Part shown: in pieces, positions 34,143-43,414 of the stretch
How the letters are laid out: each line of letters opens with the position of its first letter
Numbering within the stretch: the first letter of the stretch is position 1
IMG/VR virus record: IMGVR_UViG_3300037873_000023
Location: 1-48,364 of that record
DNA: 48,364 nucleotides
DNA from: a virus
Lineage: Duplodnaviria > Caudoviricetes
Reading direction: 5' to 3' (one strand)
Notes under the pieces: generated by a model
Seen by the model: only the letters and a program-made list of their open reading frames with translations
The model's database searches: none
What the model was told of the DNA's origin: nothing
Translations under genes and position numbers: made by a program

Positions 34143-36173
34143 TCACCTCCCTCGCAAGGTCGCGGTCGGTGCGGTGGCGACTAGGCCACTACGCGGTGCG
34201 GTGGCGACCAGGGTGCCCGGAATGATCTCGTCAGTGGCAACGGTCAAGGCGCCGGCGGTGACGGCGACGGTCGCGCCGCCCAGGTCCAATTCGAGCGCGA
34301 GAATCGCGAGGACTACCAGCCCTGGGGTGGCGGTGATGCTAACTGCGGCCGGGGTGATGTCCACGGGGCCGGTGGTCATCGTCAAGACGCCCGGAGTGGC
34401 TGCGACGGTGATCGTTGCCGGGAAAACGGTTAGGCCTTGGCCAACGGCGAGAGTCCCACCGGTGACGGTCACCGTGACCGGATCCGGGGTGATGTCCTGG
34501 CCTGGCGCGCTGGTGGTGACGGTCAGGGTGCCAGGGCTCGCGTCGACCACTACGGCAGCCGGGACGATATCCGCTGTGGCGGTCAGGGTCAACGTCCCCG
34601 GGGTGGCCGAAACGGTGACCTCGGCCGGGATGACATCGACTGCGCCGGTTGTCACGACCGTGGTGCCGGGTGTGGCGGTGATGGTCGCCGGGTCGGGCAC
34701 GACGTCGACCGCGCCGGTTGTGAGGGTCAGTGTGCCCGCGGTGCAGGTCACCGTGATCGGGGCTGGTGTGACCGGTTGGCTGCCGCCTTCGGTGGCCACC
34801 TCGACTGTGCCTGGTGTGGCTGTCACTGTGACCGGGGCCGGGGTGATCGCTGCCGTGGCGGTGATCGTCGCCGTGCCAGGTGTGGCCGTGACGGTCGCCG
34901 GTGCGGGGGTGATTCCGACCGTGCTGGTGATGGTCAACATGCCGGGTGTGGCGTCGATTGTTACCGCGGCCGGGGTTATCTCCAGCGGTGGAATCAGAGC
35001 GATCTCGAAGTCGACCCACGCGTCGGCGTCGTTGACGTTGATCGTGATGGACCGGTTGCCGCCGCCTGACACCTTGCGCAGCTCGACCGAGATCGCGAGC
35101 CGGTCGCCGGCCGACCACACCGTGTCCAAGGCGAACGTCTGAACCTTGATCCCGGTGGTGTTGTGCTCGGCGGAGTAGAGCGAGCTGGCCTGCAGCACGT
35201 TTGACGAGTTCCACCGCTGGACTCGCCACTTGTAGGCCAGCGTGGCCGCGGAGACGGAGAAAACGTCAAGCTGGGATGGGAAGCTGGTCCCGCCCACTGT
35301 GTCATCGACGACCCGGTGGAACCGGAACACCTCGGTGAACCCGCCGGAGACGGTCGGCGAGGTCAGGGTGGTCGGCGTGCCCTGCGTCTCAGACAGGTCC
35401 CGGACGTTGCCGGTCGCATCAGGCTCGTTCTGCGTGTTGCGGTAGTGGTTGCGGGAGGTGAGGAGGAATCCCCCGGACTCGTACGGGAAGCTCAGGTCCG
35501 ACAGGGTGCTGGTGCCGGTGCCAACCCGGTCAACCTCGTCGGCCAGCCCAGCGCTCAGGTCCTCCACGTTCATGTTGACGGCCGGCTGGTTGAACTTCCA
35601 CAGCGCCGACGCCCCAGCCGCACGCCAGTTGTCGAAGTGGTCCTCCAACGCGGCAGCTTCGATCGCCGCATCGCCGGACGCGTCTGCCGCCCACGGCAGA
35701 CTGTTCGCCCAAACGGCCTCGGCGGCCAACCACGAGTACATGTTCGCGGCGCCCGCGCTGGACAACCGGATCCGGCCGGCGTCGGTCGGCGCGGTCCAGT
35801 CGGCGACCGACGCATCACCGTCGCTGTGCGTCCACGTGCTGGTGTTCAGGTTCTTCACGCTGAACCGCGGTGGGACGGTGCCGGTGGCCTTACGAGCCAC
35901 GATCAGATGGCAAACGTTCATGGTCAGCGTCTGCGCGGACGCTGAGACACCGCCGGCGGTCCAGGTCACATCGTCGGCCGCGTCCAGGTGCAGACTACCC
36001 AGTGAGGTCCCGCCGGAGTCGTGCGGGCCGAACAACGTGCGGACGTTGCCCGACCCGCCCGACCACGGCTTGAACAGGACCGCGATGGTGCCGTGGGTCA
36101 TCGCGGACAGGTCGCCCGGCGCGAAGATCAGATCATCGGTCGCACCCGTGACCGCGCGGACTTCGGTGGACAC
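34143..36173 (-). CDS. fibre-like structural protein (lectin-like N-terminus, Thr/Val/Ala/Pro repeat C-terminus)
   Basis: LamG-like beta domain followed by about 11 imperfect 22-25-aa repeats. Confidence 0.7.
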   Translation of the reverse strand: MSTEVRAVTGATDDLIFAPGDLSAMTHGTIAVLFKPWSGGSGNVRTLFGPHDSGGTSLGSLHLDAADDVTWTAGGVSASAQTLTMNVCHLIVARKATGTVPPRFSVKNLNTSTWTHSDGDASVADWTAPTDAGRIRLSSAGAANMYSWLAAEAVWANSLPWAADASGDAAIEAAALEDHFDNWRAAGASALWKFNQPAVNMNVEDLSAGLADEVDRVGTGTSTLSDLSFPYESGGFLLTSRNHYRNTQNEPDATGNVRDLSETQGTPTTLTSPTVSGGFTEVFRFHRVVDDTVGGTSFPSQLDVFSVSAATLAYKWRVQRWNSSNVLQASSLYSAEHNTTGIKVQTFALDTVWSAGDRLAISVELRKVSGGGNRSITINVNDADAWVDFEIALIPPLEITPAAVTIDATPGMLTITSTVGITPAPATVTATPGTATITATAAITPAPVTVTATPGTVEVATEGGSQPVTPAPITVTCTAGTLTLTTGAVDVVPDPATITATPGTTVVTTGAVDVIPAEVTVSATPGTLTLTATADIVPAAVVVDASPGTLTVTTSAPGQDITPDPVTVTVTGGTLAVGQGLTVFPATITVAATPGVLTMTTGPVDITPAAVSITATPGLVVLAILALELDLGGATVAVTAGALTVATDEIIPGTLVATAPRSGLVATAPTATLRGR
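34230..34979 (-). repeat. coding tandem repeat (I/V)xP(A/D)x(V/I/A)T(V/I)xAT(P/A)GTLT
   Basis: For example ITPAPVTVTATPGTVEV and VVPDPATITATPGTTVV. Confidence 0.8.
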
Positions 36174-36201
36174 AGGTCACCCCCGACCGATCAGAACGGA
36201 C

Positions 36202-36495
36202 TCAGAGCGGACCCCACAGGTCATCCAGGAACGTGCGGAAGTCCTTCACGGCACCCAGCGTCGCGTCGCCCTCGTAGATGGTGCGGAGTTGGTCCAGGTC
36301 GGACAGCGCCGAGCCGATGATCGCCGCGTCGCCGGAGGTCATCGTCGTGCCCGGCAAGGCGGTCAGGTCATTGGCGTCGTCGAAGGCCTTCAACCGTGCC
36401 GCCTCGGCGAAGTCCTCACGGAACCGCTTCGCCAACCGGCCGGTCAGCTGGTTGATCTGGTCGGTGGTCGAGAGCGCGGTGAACCCTGCAGCCAT
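36202..36495 (-). CDS. hypothetical structural-module protein
   Basis: 97 aa, GGAGGG RBS. Confidence 0.6.
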   Translation of the reverse strand: MAAGFTALSTTDQINQLTGRLAKRFREDFAEAARLKAFDDANDLTALPGTTMTSGDAAIIGSALSDLDQLRTIYEGDATLGAVKDFRTFLDDLWGPL

Positions 36496-36527
36496 GTCAT
36501 TCCCTCCATCAGACGGACGTGCATCCC

Positions 36528-36947
36528 TCAGGCGAGGGTGACGAGGATGTTCGATCCCCAGGTGGCCGTTATGTCCCCCCCGTTGGGAGTGACTGGCAGG
36601 CCAGTTGATGCGCTGTCCCAGGTGATCGCCAGCGGCGACGTAGCTGGCGTGCCCGAGTTCTTGAACACGGTCAGGTAGTCGGCGGCATCCCCCGTCACGG
36701 CCGAGAACGTCACCGCGGCGGTCAGGGTGACCACCCCGCCGGAGATCGACGCCACAGACACGTCGGCGGTGGCCACCACGTCCGCGGTGTCCACCTCGTC
36801 GTAGTCGACACTGGCCGCGGTGATCGTGCCCGAGTCGGTCTCGTCGAGCAGGGACGCGTCGATGTTGTCCGTGTTGAAATCGATCACCGAATGGGTTGGG
36901 GCGCCCAGCATCCCGTTCAACCAGTCGGTGTGGACGATCGTGGCCAA
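36528..36947 (-). CDS. putative virion structural protein (collar/fibre base)
   Basis: IDFNTDNIDASL...GLPVTPNGGDIT.TW pattern seen ahead of phage fibre genes; AGGAG RBS. Confidence 0.65.
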   Translation of the reverse strand: MATIVHTDWLNGMLGAPTHSVIDFNTDNIDASLLDETDSGTITAASVDYDEVDTADVVATADVSVASISGGVVTLTAAVTFSAVTGDAADYLTVFKNSGTPATSPLAITWDSASTGLPVTPNGGDITATWGSNILVTLA

Positions 36948-36959
36948 TTTACAGTCTCC

Positions 36960-37304
36960 TCACATTTTCGCCGGGATGACACGGGCCACCGCCGACGGCA
37001 GGATCAGCCCCTGAGTCGGTGGTTCGCTTACGACGTTGACCGCCTCGAACCCGCCGCGGTCCGGCATCCTCAGCAGGTGCTGCCAGATCGTGGTCGACAC
37101 GACGATCGTGCCCTCCGCGTCGAGCTGAAAGTGGTACGTCTTGTACCCGTGCGGCCGGCCACACAGCCGGCAGGTCGGGTTGTGCGGGCTCGGCCGGACC
37201 GGCCGGGACAGGTCGCGGACGATGAACAGCCGGTGGGCCACCGAACCGATGCCCTCAGCGGCCAACCTGGCCGGCTGCGGCTGGATCCGCACCCCGTCAG
37301 CCAC
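36960..37304 (-). CDS. hypothetical protein (CxxC..H)
   Basis: Overlaps the upstream transferase. Confidence 0.6.
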   Translation of the reverse strand: MADGVRIQPQPARLAAEGIGSVAHRLFIVRDLSRPVRPSPHNPTCRLCGRPHGYKTYHFQLDAEGTIVVSTTIWQHLLRMPDRGGFEAVNVVSEPPTQGLILPSAVARVIPAKM

Positions 37305-37956
37305 CGCTGACCACCACCCGCCCGGCTGCGGCCGGATGCCGGTCGTAGTCGCCGGGGGTGTCGAAGTCGTCGGTCTCGTCGTCGATGTCGGTGAACCAGG
37401 TCGGGTTGATCATGTGCTCGTTCAGCGGCGTCCGCTGGATGCTGCGCAGCAACTCCCATGCGGTGAACCGGCGGGAGTGCCCGGCCGCGTAGGCCAACGC
37501 CACCTTGTGCATGTGGTCGTCGAGCATGCCATGATGCCTCGGCAGCCAGGATCCGGCGAAAATCTCACCCCACCGGGACCCGGTGATGCTCGACGGGCCA
37601 GCCCGGCCGAACATCCGCCACAACGGCCCGTCGAACCCGGCGATGGTCCCGATCGCCGCATCGGTGTAGTACACATCCCCGTACAGCAGCAGCGTCCGCC
37701 CGTAGGTGGACCACAGATGCCGGGTCGACGCGTACTCGTTGACGTGCTGCCCGCGGATCACGTGCCGGGTGGTGCCGGCCAACAGGTACCGGTCGTCGTC
37801 CAACGAGGCGATGTGCACGTCGTGCGAAACGGTCAGGGCCTGCCGGGTGGTGCGGTGCAGCAGCGGTTCCCCGCCGACCGGGACCAGATGCCGCGGCACA
37901 CCCAGGTAGTTGCCCCACTTGGTGCCCGAACCGGCGCAGGCGATGACGATCCTCAC
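37297..37956 (-). CDS. NTP-transferase (nucleotidyltransferase) family protein
   Basis: IVIACAGSGTKW...PRHLVPVGGEPLLHRT...LLYGDV...DIDD. Confidence 0.8.
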   Translation of the reverse strand: MRIVIACAGSGTKWGNYLGVPRHLVPVGGEPLLHRTTRQALTVSHDVHIASLDDDRYLLAGTTRHVIRGQHVNEYASTRHLWSTYGRTLLLYGDVYYTDAAIGTIAGFDGPLWRMFGRAGPSSITGSRWGEIFAGSWLPRHHGMLDDHMHKVALAYAAGHSRRFTAWELLRSIQRTPLNEHMINPTWFTDIDDETDDFDTPGDYDRHPAAAGRVVVSGG

Positions 37957-38666
37957 GGGCTCACCCCTCGCAGCTTGCGCACCTTGGCTACGTCGGCGGC
38001 CATCTGCGTGTCCTTCCACCGCTGGTACCGGGCACCGTCGTTGGCGTACTGCTCCGGCGAGTTGGCTCGCTGGTAGCCGGCGTCCTTCGGCGCCTTACCG
38101 ACCACGTAGTGCATGTGCTCGACAACCACGTTCGGCAGGTAGCGCAGGCAGCCCGCCTCCCGGGCCAGGTCCATGACCGACGTGTCGGAGTACAGGTGGT
38201 CGACGTCGGCGGGGATCATCCGGCCGAGCGCGGCCACGATGTCCACGGTCATCGCCCACTGGCTGCACAAGTCCTGTCCGCGGTGCAGGTCGTCGCCGAA
38301 CACCACCCCGGTGCCGAGCTCGGCCAGCGCGTCAAGGTAGGCCCTGGCCCAGCCGACCGTCCGCGGCGCGTGATCGTCACCCATGAACCCGACCGCGGTG
38401 TACCCGGCGGCCAGTTGGTCGGCGGCATCTTCCAGCTTGCGGACCATCGGCTGCCAGCAGGACACCTCAACCTGCCACACGCCGTGGCCTGCAACCCCGG
38501 CCTGCTCAGCGATGCGCTGGTATTCGCCCCGGGTCGGGTCGTCGGCGTCGAACACCACTGCCAGGTCCGCATCGGCCCAGGCGATGGTCCCGTCGAACGC
38601 CTGGATCATCCGGGTGATGTTCCCCGGGCGCCCCCGCGTCGGGACGATCACCAGCAGGTCAGCCAC
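37953..38666 (-). CDS. GT-A fold glycosyltransferase (family 2-like)
   Basis: VIVPTRGRP...VFDADD...FMGDDH...HLYSD...VEHMH. Confidence 0.85.
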   Translation of the reverse strand: MADLLVIVPTRGRPGNITRMIQAFDGTIAWADADLAVVFDADDPTRGEYQRIAEQAGVAGHGVWQVEVSCWQPMVRKLEDAADQLAAGYTAVGFMGDDHAPRTVGWARAYLDALAELGTGVVFGDDLHRGQDLCSQWAMTVDIVAALGRMIPADVDHLYSDTSVMDLAREAGCLRYLPNVVVEHMHYVVGKAPKDAGYQRANSPEQYANDGARYQRWKDTQMAADVAKVRKLRGVSP

Positions 38667-39570
38667 AGCCCACCTCCCGGGCGATCGCCTGGAGCCGGTG
38701 CCGCCACAGATGCCGCGTCTCAACCAAGGACACCGCGGCGTCGCGGATGGCCGTCCGCTGCCCTTTCGTCAACGCGTCCAGCATCCGGCCCAACCGGACG
38801 AACTCGTACCGGCCGAACGGGACCATCGTCTCGTCGGTGAACCCCTGCTCGGCCATGCCGGCCACCCGCGGATGCGTCAGCACCCCGCCGCGGCCCAGGA
38901 TCCGCACCACCCGGTCCGACCAGTAGCAGGCGGCTGGCGCCGAGTCCCCCAGCACTACGTCCGCGTACGACACGACGCCGGACAGCCGCCGGCCGTAGAC
39001 GGCGGTCTCCGGCGGCTCACCGTAGACGGCGAACCGGTCACCCCAGCGGGCATGCGCCCACGCCAACAACTGCAGCCGATGTTCGCCGTGCACAGGCATC
39101 GCCCCGCCGGTGAACACGTACCGGGCCTCACCCTCAGGCTTGACCCGGCCCAGGTGCCTACCGCCCAACGCGGGTGGGCACCACCGGTGGTTGACACCCC
39201 TGGTGTGCCACGGTCGCGGCCCACCGTCGGCCGTGTACACCCACTGGCACGACCACCACGGATGATTCCCGATCTTCTGTTCCCGGCTGGGCACACCCCA
39301 GTACAAGTCCAAATGCAGCCCGACCGTGGCAGTGCCCGCGTCCTCGATCCGCCGGAGCATGCCATCCACGTCCCCGGCCGGGGAATACCAGTGGGTGCGC
39401 GCCCAGATCATCAGATCCGAACCCTTGGCCTGCCGCACCACATCATCAACAGGCCGGTCACGGGCGGCGATGTAGTCCACCTGCCAGCCGAGCACGGCGG
39501 CCTCGTCGGCCAGGTCGTCATGCCAGCAGTCCCGGCCGTAGTCGGGTGTGCCCAGCAGCAGCAGCCTCAC
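38659..39570 (-). CDS. GT-B fold glycosyltransferase
   Basis: Rossmann-like start LLLLG; VFTGG...VYG...YWSDRV..ILGRGG...H.W.HR; GTGA overlap. Confidence 0.75.
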   Translation of the reverse strand: MRLLLLGTPDYGRDCWHDDLADEAAVLGWQVDYIAARDRPVDDVVRQAKGSDLMIWARTHWYSPAGDVDGMLRRIEDAGTATVGLHLDLYWGVPSREQKIGNHPWWSCQWVYTADGGPRPWHTRGVNHRWCPPALGGRHLGRVKPEGEARYVFTGGAMPVHGEHRLQLLAWAHARWGDRFAVYGEPPETAVYGRRLSGVVSYADVVLGDSAPAACYWSDRVVRILGRGGVLTHPRVAGMAEQGFTDETMVPFGRYEFVRLGRMLDALTKGQRTAIRDAAVSLVETRHLWRHRLQAIAREVGCG

Positions 39571-40214
39571 GGCACCCTCCGACGCCACCACCCGGCCGGG
39601 TGGTGCGACACCGGCGTCATGACCTCGATGTCCAGGTCGCGTTCGAACGTCGGGTCGATCGTCAGCGCGCTCGCCTCGATCGCCCGCAGCGGCCCACCCT
39701 CCTCGGGGATGCGGCAGCCGATCCGGCGAGCCAACTGCGGGGCAACCAAGTCCGCCAGACCGTCCTCGACCACCAGATAACAGCCGGGCGACACCAGCGG
39801 GGCGTACAGTTCGATCTCCCGCATGACGTGGCCGGCGTGGTGGTCCGCGTCGAGTGAGACCATGCATCGACGGTCTGCGACCAGTCCGGCCACCTGAGCC
39901 GCCGTTGCCGGTGCCATTGAGTCGCCGGCGACGAACGTGACCCGCGGCCACGAATCCGGCCGGCCCTCGGCGCGCAGCACATCCACCGTTACCACGTCAA
40001 TGGCGAACGTGTCGGCCACCCAGGCGGCGAACCCGCCCCACTTCGTGCCGGTCTCCACCAGCACCTCAGGCTGGCATGCCTCGATCGCCTTGCGATACCT
40101 GTCCAGATCGTCGGAGACCTTCCACATGGCCAACCCGGCGTGGTACTGCGTGTAGCCGGACTCGGCGTCGAACCGTGCATACGACGCGGCGACGTCAATC
40201 GGAGTGGCGAACAT
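39567..40214 (-). CDS. SAM-dependent methyltransferase (CmcI/sugar O-methyltransferase-like)
   Basis: PEVLVETGTKWGG...VTVDV...GDS...LDADH...PGCYLVVEDG. Confidence 0.85.
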   Translation of the reverse strand: MFATPIDVAASYARFDAESGYTQYHAGLAMWKVSDDLDRYRKAIEACQPEVLVETGTKWGGFAAWVADTFAIDVVTVDVLRAEGRPDSWPRVTFVAGDSMAPATAAQVAGLVADRRCMVSLDADHHAGHVMREIELYAPLVSPGCYLVVEDGLADLVAPQLARRIGCRIPEEGGPLRAIEASALTIDPTFERDLDIEVMTPVSHHPAGWWRRRVP

Positions 40215-40965
40215 CCGCTGCCATCACGTTCGGCGGGGTGTAATCCTCCACACCCACCCAAAACTGCTTATGATGCGTGGTCAGAACCCCGGTGTGGACG
40301 AACAGAGGAACACCCTGCTGGATCAGCCGGGCGCAGAACGACAGGTCCTCCGAGATCGGCTGCCCATCCTCGTAGCGAACCCTGTCGAACCAGGCATCGC
40401 CGTACTCAGCACGCAGCTTCTCCAGCGCACCCCGGTGCATCAACAGGCACGCGGTGCCGGTCCCGGCCACCTGCAGCAGCGTGTTCGGCGGCACATCCCA
40501 CCGGGTGGTGAACCCGGTGTGCCCTTCTGGGGTTTTCGCCGGCACGTAGAGCGTCGGGGCGGGCATCACCCGCCGGCCGCCGTACCCGTCGTAGCAAACC
40601 TCGCGCAGCGCGAAGCACAACCCGCCGACGACCGGCCGCTCAACCGGGTCCGCTGCGTCGACGAGCCGGTCGATCGTGTCCGGCAGAAACCCCATGTCGG
40701 TGTCGACGTACCACAACCACTCGTGATCGGTCTCGTCCAAGAACCGCTGCACACCAGTGTTACGCGCGGCGACCAGACCAGACGCATCGGTGGAGATCAT
40801 GAACGGGCCAGCGGTGTCAACGATCCGGCAGTGGTTCGCCGCATCGTAGCCGATCAACCGCATCATGCTCTCGTGCCAACTATGGCTGACGTTGTGCCGG
40901 TGCAGGTACGCGATCTGCACCCTGCCATTGCCGGCCACGACAGGCTCACCCATCGACGGACTCAT
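40195..40965 (-). CDS. GT-A fold glycosyltransferase
   Basis: ARN...WLWYVDTD (DxD)...GTACLL...SEDLSFC...H.K. Confidence 0.85.
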   Translation of the reverse strand: MSPSMGEPVVAGNGRVQIAYLHRHNVSHSWHESMMRLIGYDAANHCRIVDTAGPFMISTDASGLVAARNTGVQRFLDETDHEWLWYVDTDMGFLPDTIDRLVDAADPVERPVVGGLCFALREVCYDGYGGRRVMPAPTLYVPAKTPEGHTGFTTRWDVPPNTLLQVAGTGTACLLMHRGALEKLRAEYGDAWFDRVRYEDGQPISEDLSFCARLIQQGVPLFVHTGVLTTHHKQFWVGVEDYTPPNVMAADVRHSD

Positions 40966-41278
40966 GCGCAGCGTTGTACGCCTCGATCACCTCGGGCGAC
41001 AACTTCCCGCGCGCCGCCACCTCGAACCCGGCGCCGACAGCCCACTCCCGGATCGCACGCCTCGACGGCGACTCGGTGACCCGAACCTCCCCCGGCGCAC
41101 GGGTAGCCCGCTCCACCGCCGGCGGTGCAGCCGCCAGCGACGCACCAGGAACCGCATCAGTGAACAGCTCCGGACGCTCCTTGACCAACGGATGATCCTC
41201 ATCCGCAGACTGGCCCTTGCGCAGGACCGTGGTCCCTCCGGACCAGCGGACCACCGCAGAAATCTGGCTGTACTTCAT
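40946..41278 (-). CDS. Lsr2 DNA-binding-domain protein
   Basis: C-terminal AIREWA...GFEVAARGKLSPEVIEAYNAA; different N-terminus. Confidence 0.85.
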   Translation of the reverse strand: MKYSQISAVVRWSGGTTVLRKGQSADEDHPLVKERPELFTDAVPGASLAAAPPAVERATRAPGEVRVTESPSRRAIREWAVGAGFEVAARGKLSPEVIEAYNAAHESVDG

Positions 41279-41293
41279 GACGCCCCTCTCCTC

Positions 41294-41349
41294 TCAGCCC
41301 AGGAGTGGTCACGCGGCGGGCGCAGGGCTGAACAGCACCCGCCGCGTGA
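41294..41349 (-). promoter_or_regulatory. hairpin/terminator with loop complementary to downstream sequence (pseudoknot-like)
   Basis: Stem 41309-41349; loop TCAGCCC can pair with GGGCTGA (41294-41300) abutting the RBS. Confidence 0.5.
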
Positions 41350-41371
41350 GTTTGTCGTAGATGGGTGTAAG

Positions 41372-41884
41372 TCAGATGTCACGGTGCCGACGAATGTAGT
41401 CCGCCGCAGCCTCCACGACCTTCGGATCATCACACAGAAGCCCGATCGCCCGGTTGCACTGCGAACACAGCAACGCCCGGACCTTGCCCGTCACATGATC
41501 ATGGTCAATGACCAGTAGGCGATTGCGCTGAGTTCGCTCGGGCAGGCCACAAATCGCGCATACGCCGCCCTGCTCCAGCCACATCGCGCGGAACCGCTCC
41601 ATCGTCATGCCATACCGACGATGGGCCTCGCGGAGGCTTTTCGCAGTCCGGCTGCAATCGTCCGAACAGTAGTATCTTCGGCCGTCCACCGATGAGAACG
41701 GCGCTGAACAGTAACGGCACGGGCGAGTAACTCCACTAGGAGACTGGTAAACAGTCCGGCCACGTCGCGGATCGCCATAACCACGCCGCCGAACCCTGTC
41801 CCCACACCTGAGCGAGCACCACTTCTGATGCTTCGCGTTCGGGATGAACGATTGCTGGCAGCCAGGGCAGGTACGCTGTTGCAC
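41372..41884 (-). CDS. endonuclease VII-domain protein (free-standing)
   Basis: QGGVCAIC...IDHDHVTGKVRALLCSQCNRAIG; two N-terminal CxxC...CSxxC fingers; lower GC. Confidence 0.9.
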   Translation of the reverse strand: MQQRTCPGCQQSFIPNAKHQKWCSLRCGDRVRRRGYGDPRRGRTVYQSPSGVTRPCRYCSAPFSSVDGRRYYCSDDCSRTAKSLREAHRRYGMTMERFRAMWLEQGGVCAICGLPERTQRNRLLVIDHDHVTGKVRALLCSQCNRAIGLLCDDPKVVEAAADYIRRHRDI

Positions 41885-41916
41885 GTCGGGGCATCTCCAA
41901 GTCAGATGGTCCGGCA

Positions 41917-41946
41917 GAGGCCGGAGAGTGCGTGCTCTCCGGCCTC
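41917..41946 (-). terminator. hairpin after the major capsid gene
   Basis: Perfect 12-bp stem GAGGCCGGAGAG/CTCTCCGGCCTC. Confidence 0.7.
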
Positions 41947-41953
41947 CATTGTC

Positions 41954-43396
41954 TCACGTGGCCTTGTTCACGAGCAGACGGAACCCATTGGTGTTCACCA
42001 CATCGGCACCGACCCGCGCCCATGCAAACCAGCCTCTTTGCCCGGTGGGCCGATTCGACGTGGTGTCGAACAGCATCGGGATGAACTCGACCATCATGCC
42101 GGCGCGCTGTGCGACCACGTAGCCCCTGAAGTCGCCGACGACGAGGAACGGCTGGGTGCCGGTGCCCGAGGTGATGTCGTTCATGTAGTCGTTCATCGGG
42201 TACTGCCGGCCGAACAACCGCGGGATCGCTTCCTGGGTGATGTCCACGGAGAAGTTCGGGTCGACGGTGCCCAGCTGGCGGATGGAGTTCTGAACGTCGG
42301 TGCTGGACATCCAGGCGCAGTTCTGAGCCCGGCGGAACCGCTGCGGCAGCGCCGCCCACAGGCCGTAGATGTCCGCACCGGCGATCGCGGAGGCTGTGGT
42401 GACTGTGGCTTCGATCGTGGTGGTCGCGTCCAACCTGGTGATCAGACCGGTCGGCTCGGTGCTGCCCGACGTACCCGTGGTGAGCTTCTCGGCGAGCAGC
42501 TCGTCGTAGCCCTCGGCGAGCAAGCCCGACATGGACTCAGCAAAGCCCGGCCAGTCCATCCCGATCTCGATGCTGAACGGGATGAACCCGTCCGCCCGCC
42601 TGGTGGTCACCGTCGGCTGCGCGACCAGCGGCGCGTTGTCCGTTGCCGCCGCCGCCTCCGTGTCGAACTTCCACGACACCCCGGCCGAGCTGACACCCTT
42701 CCACACGTCGGTGGTGATCGTCTCCACCCTGGCCAGCCGCAGGATGTCGTTCGTCGACCCCTGCGCGGTCATGATGATCGTGGGGTCGATGAGCACCGGA
42801 ACTGCGAACCCGCCGGCGGTGTCCGACAGCGACGCGGCCCGGTTCAGATGCCGCACCACCTCGATCGCCCGCGCCTCCTCCTGGGTGTACGCGTGCGAGC
42901 CGGACGCATACTTCTGGAACGCGGAGCGGTACGCCGGGTGCTGGGTGGCGATCACATGCCGGGCCAGCAGGTCACCATCCAGGTTCGCGTTGCGCGTACG
43001 CAACAGCTTCTCCAGATGCTCCTTCTGATCCGAGCGCAGATGCCCGCCGAGCTCCCGGTCGTCCAGGATGTTGCGCGCCCGGGTCAGCGCCTGCTGCTCG
43101 GGCACGATCCGCACATCCCCGTCCCACGGGTCCTCACGCTTCGTACCGACCTGCAGGCTCTGGTACTTCGACCGGGCATCCTGCAGCCGCTGCGCCCGCT
43201 TGGCCTTGCGGGTGGACAGCGCCAGCTCGTCGTGCTCGACGCCGAGCTCATCCCAGGTGGCACGCTGCTCGTCGTCGAGGTCACCCTCGCCGGCCTCGTC
43301 GTTGATCTCCTTCATCTCTGCTTCGATCTCGGTCAGCCGCTTCTCGGCGTCCTCCATCGAAAGCTCCGCCTTACGGAACTGGACCTTCACTGACAT
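41954..43396 (-). CDS. major capsid protein (HK97 fold with N-terminal delta domain)
   Basis: Coiled-coil N-terminus, GGFAVP, G.G...PTG, LFGR, VGDF motifs. Confidence 0.92.
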   Translation of the reverse strand: MSVKVQFRKAELSMEDAEKRLTEIEAEMKEINDEAGEGDLDDEQRATWDELGVEHDELALSTRKAKRAQRLQDARSKYQSLQVGTKREDPWDGDVRIVPEQQALTRARNILDDRELGGHLRSDQKEHLEKLLRTRNANLDGDLLARHVIATQHPAYRSAFQKYASGSHAYTQEEARAIEVVRHLNRAASLSDTAGGFAVPVLIDPTIIMTAQGSTNDILRLARVETITTDVWKGVSSAGVSWKFDTEAAAATDNAPLVAQPTVTTRRADGFIPFSIEIGMDWPGFAESMSGLLAEGYDELLAEKLTTGTSGSTEPTGLITRLDATTTIEATVTTASAIAGADIYGLWAALPQRFRRAQNCAWMSSTDVQNSIRQLGTVDPNFSVDITQEAIPRLFGRQYPMNDYMNDITSGTGTQPFLVVGDFRGYVVAQRAGMMVEFIPMLFDTTSNRPTGQRGWFAWARVGADVVNTNGFRLLVNKAT

Positions 43397-43414
43397 CGGG
43401 GTTACTCCAACCCG

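Noticed and set aside
34230-34979. Possible CRISPR array or DGR-like repeat
   Set aside because: Repeats are conserved at protein level and degenerate in DNA; no cas or reverse transcriptase gene seen
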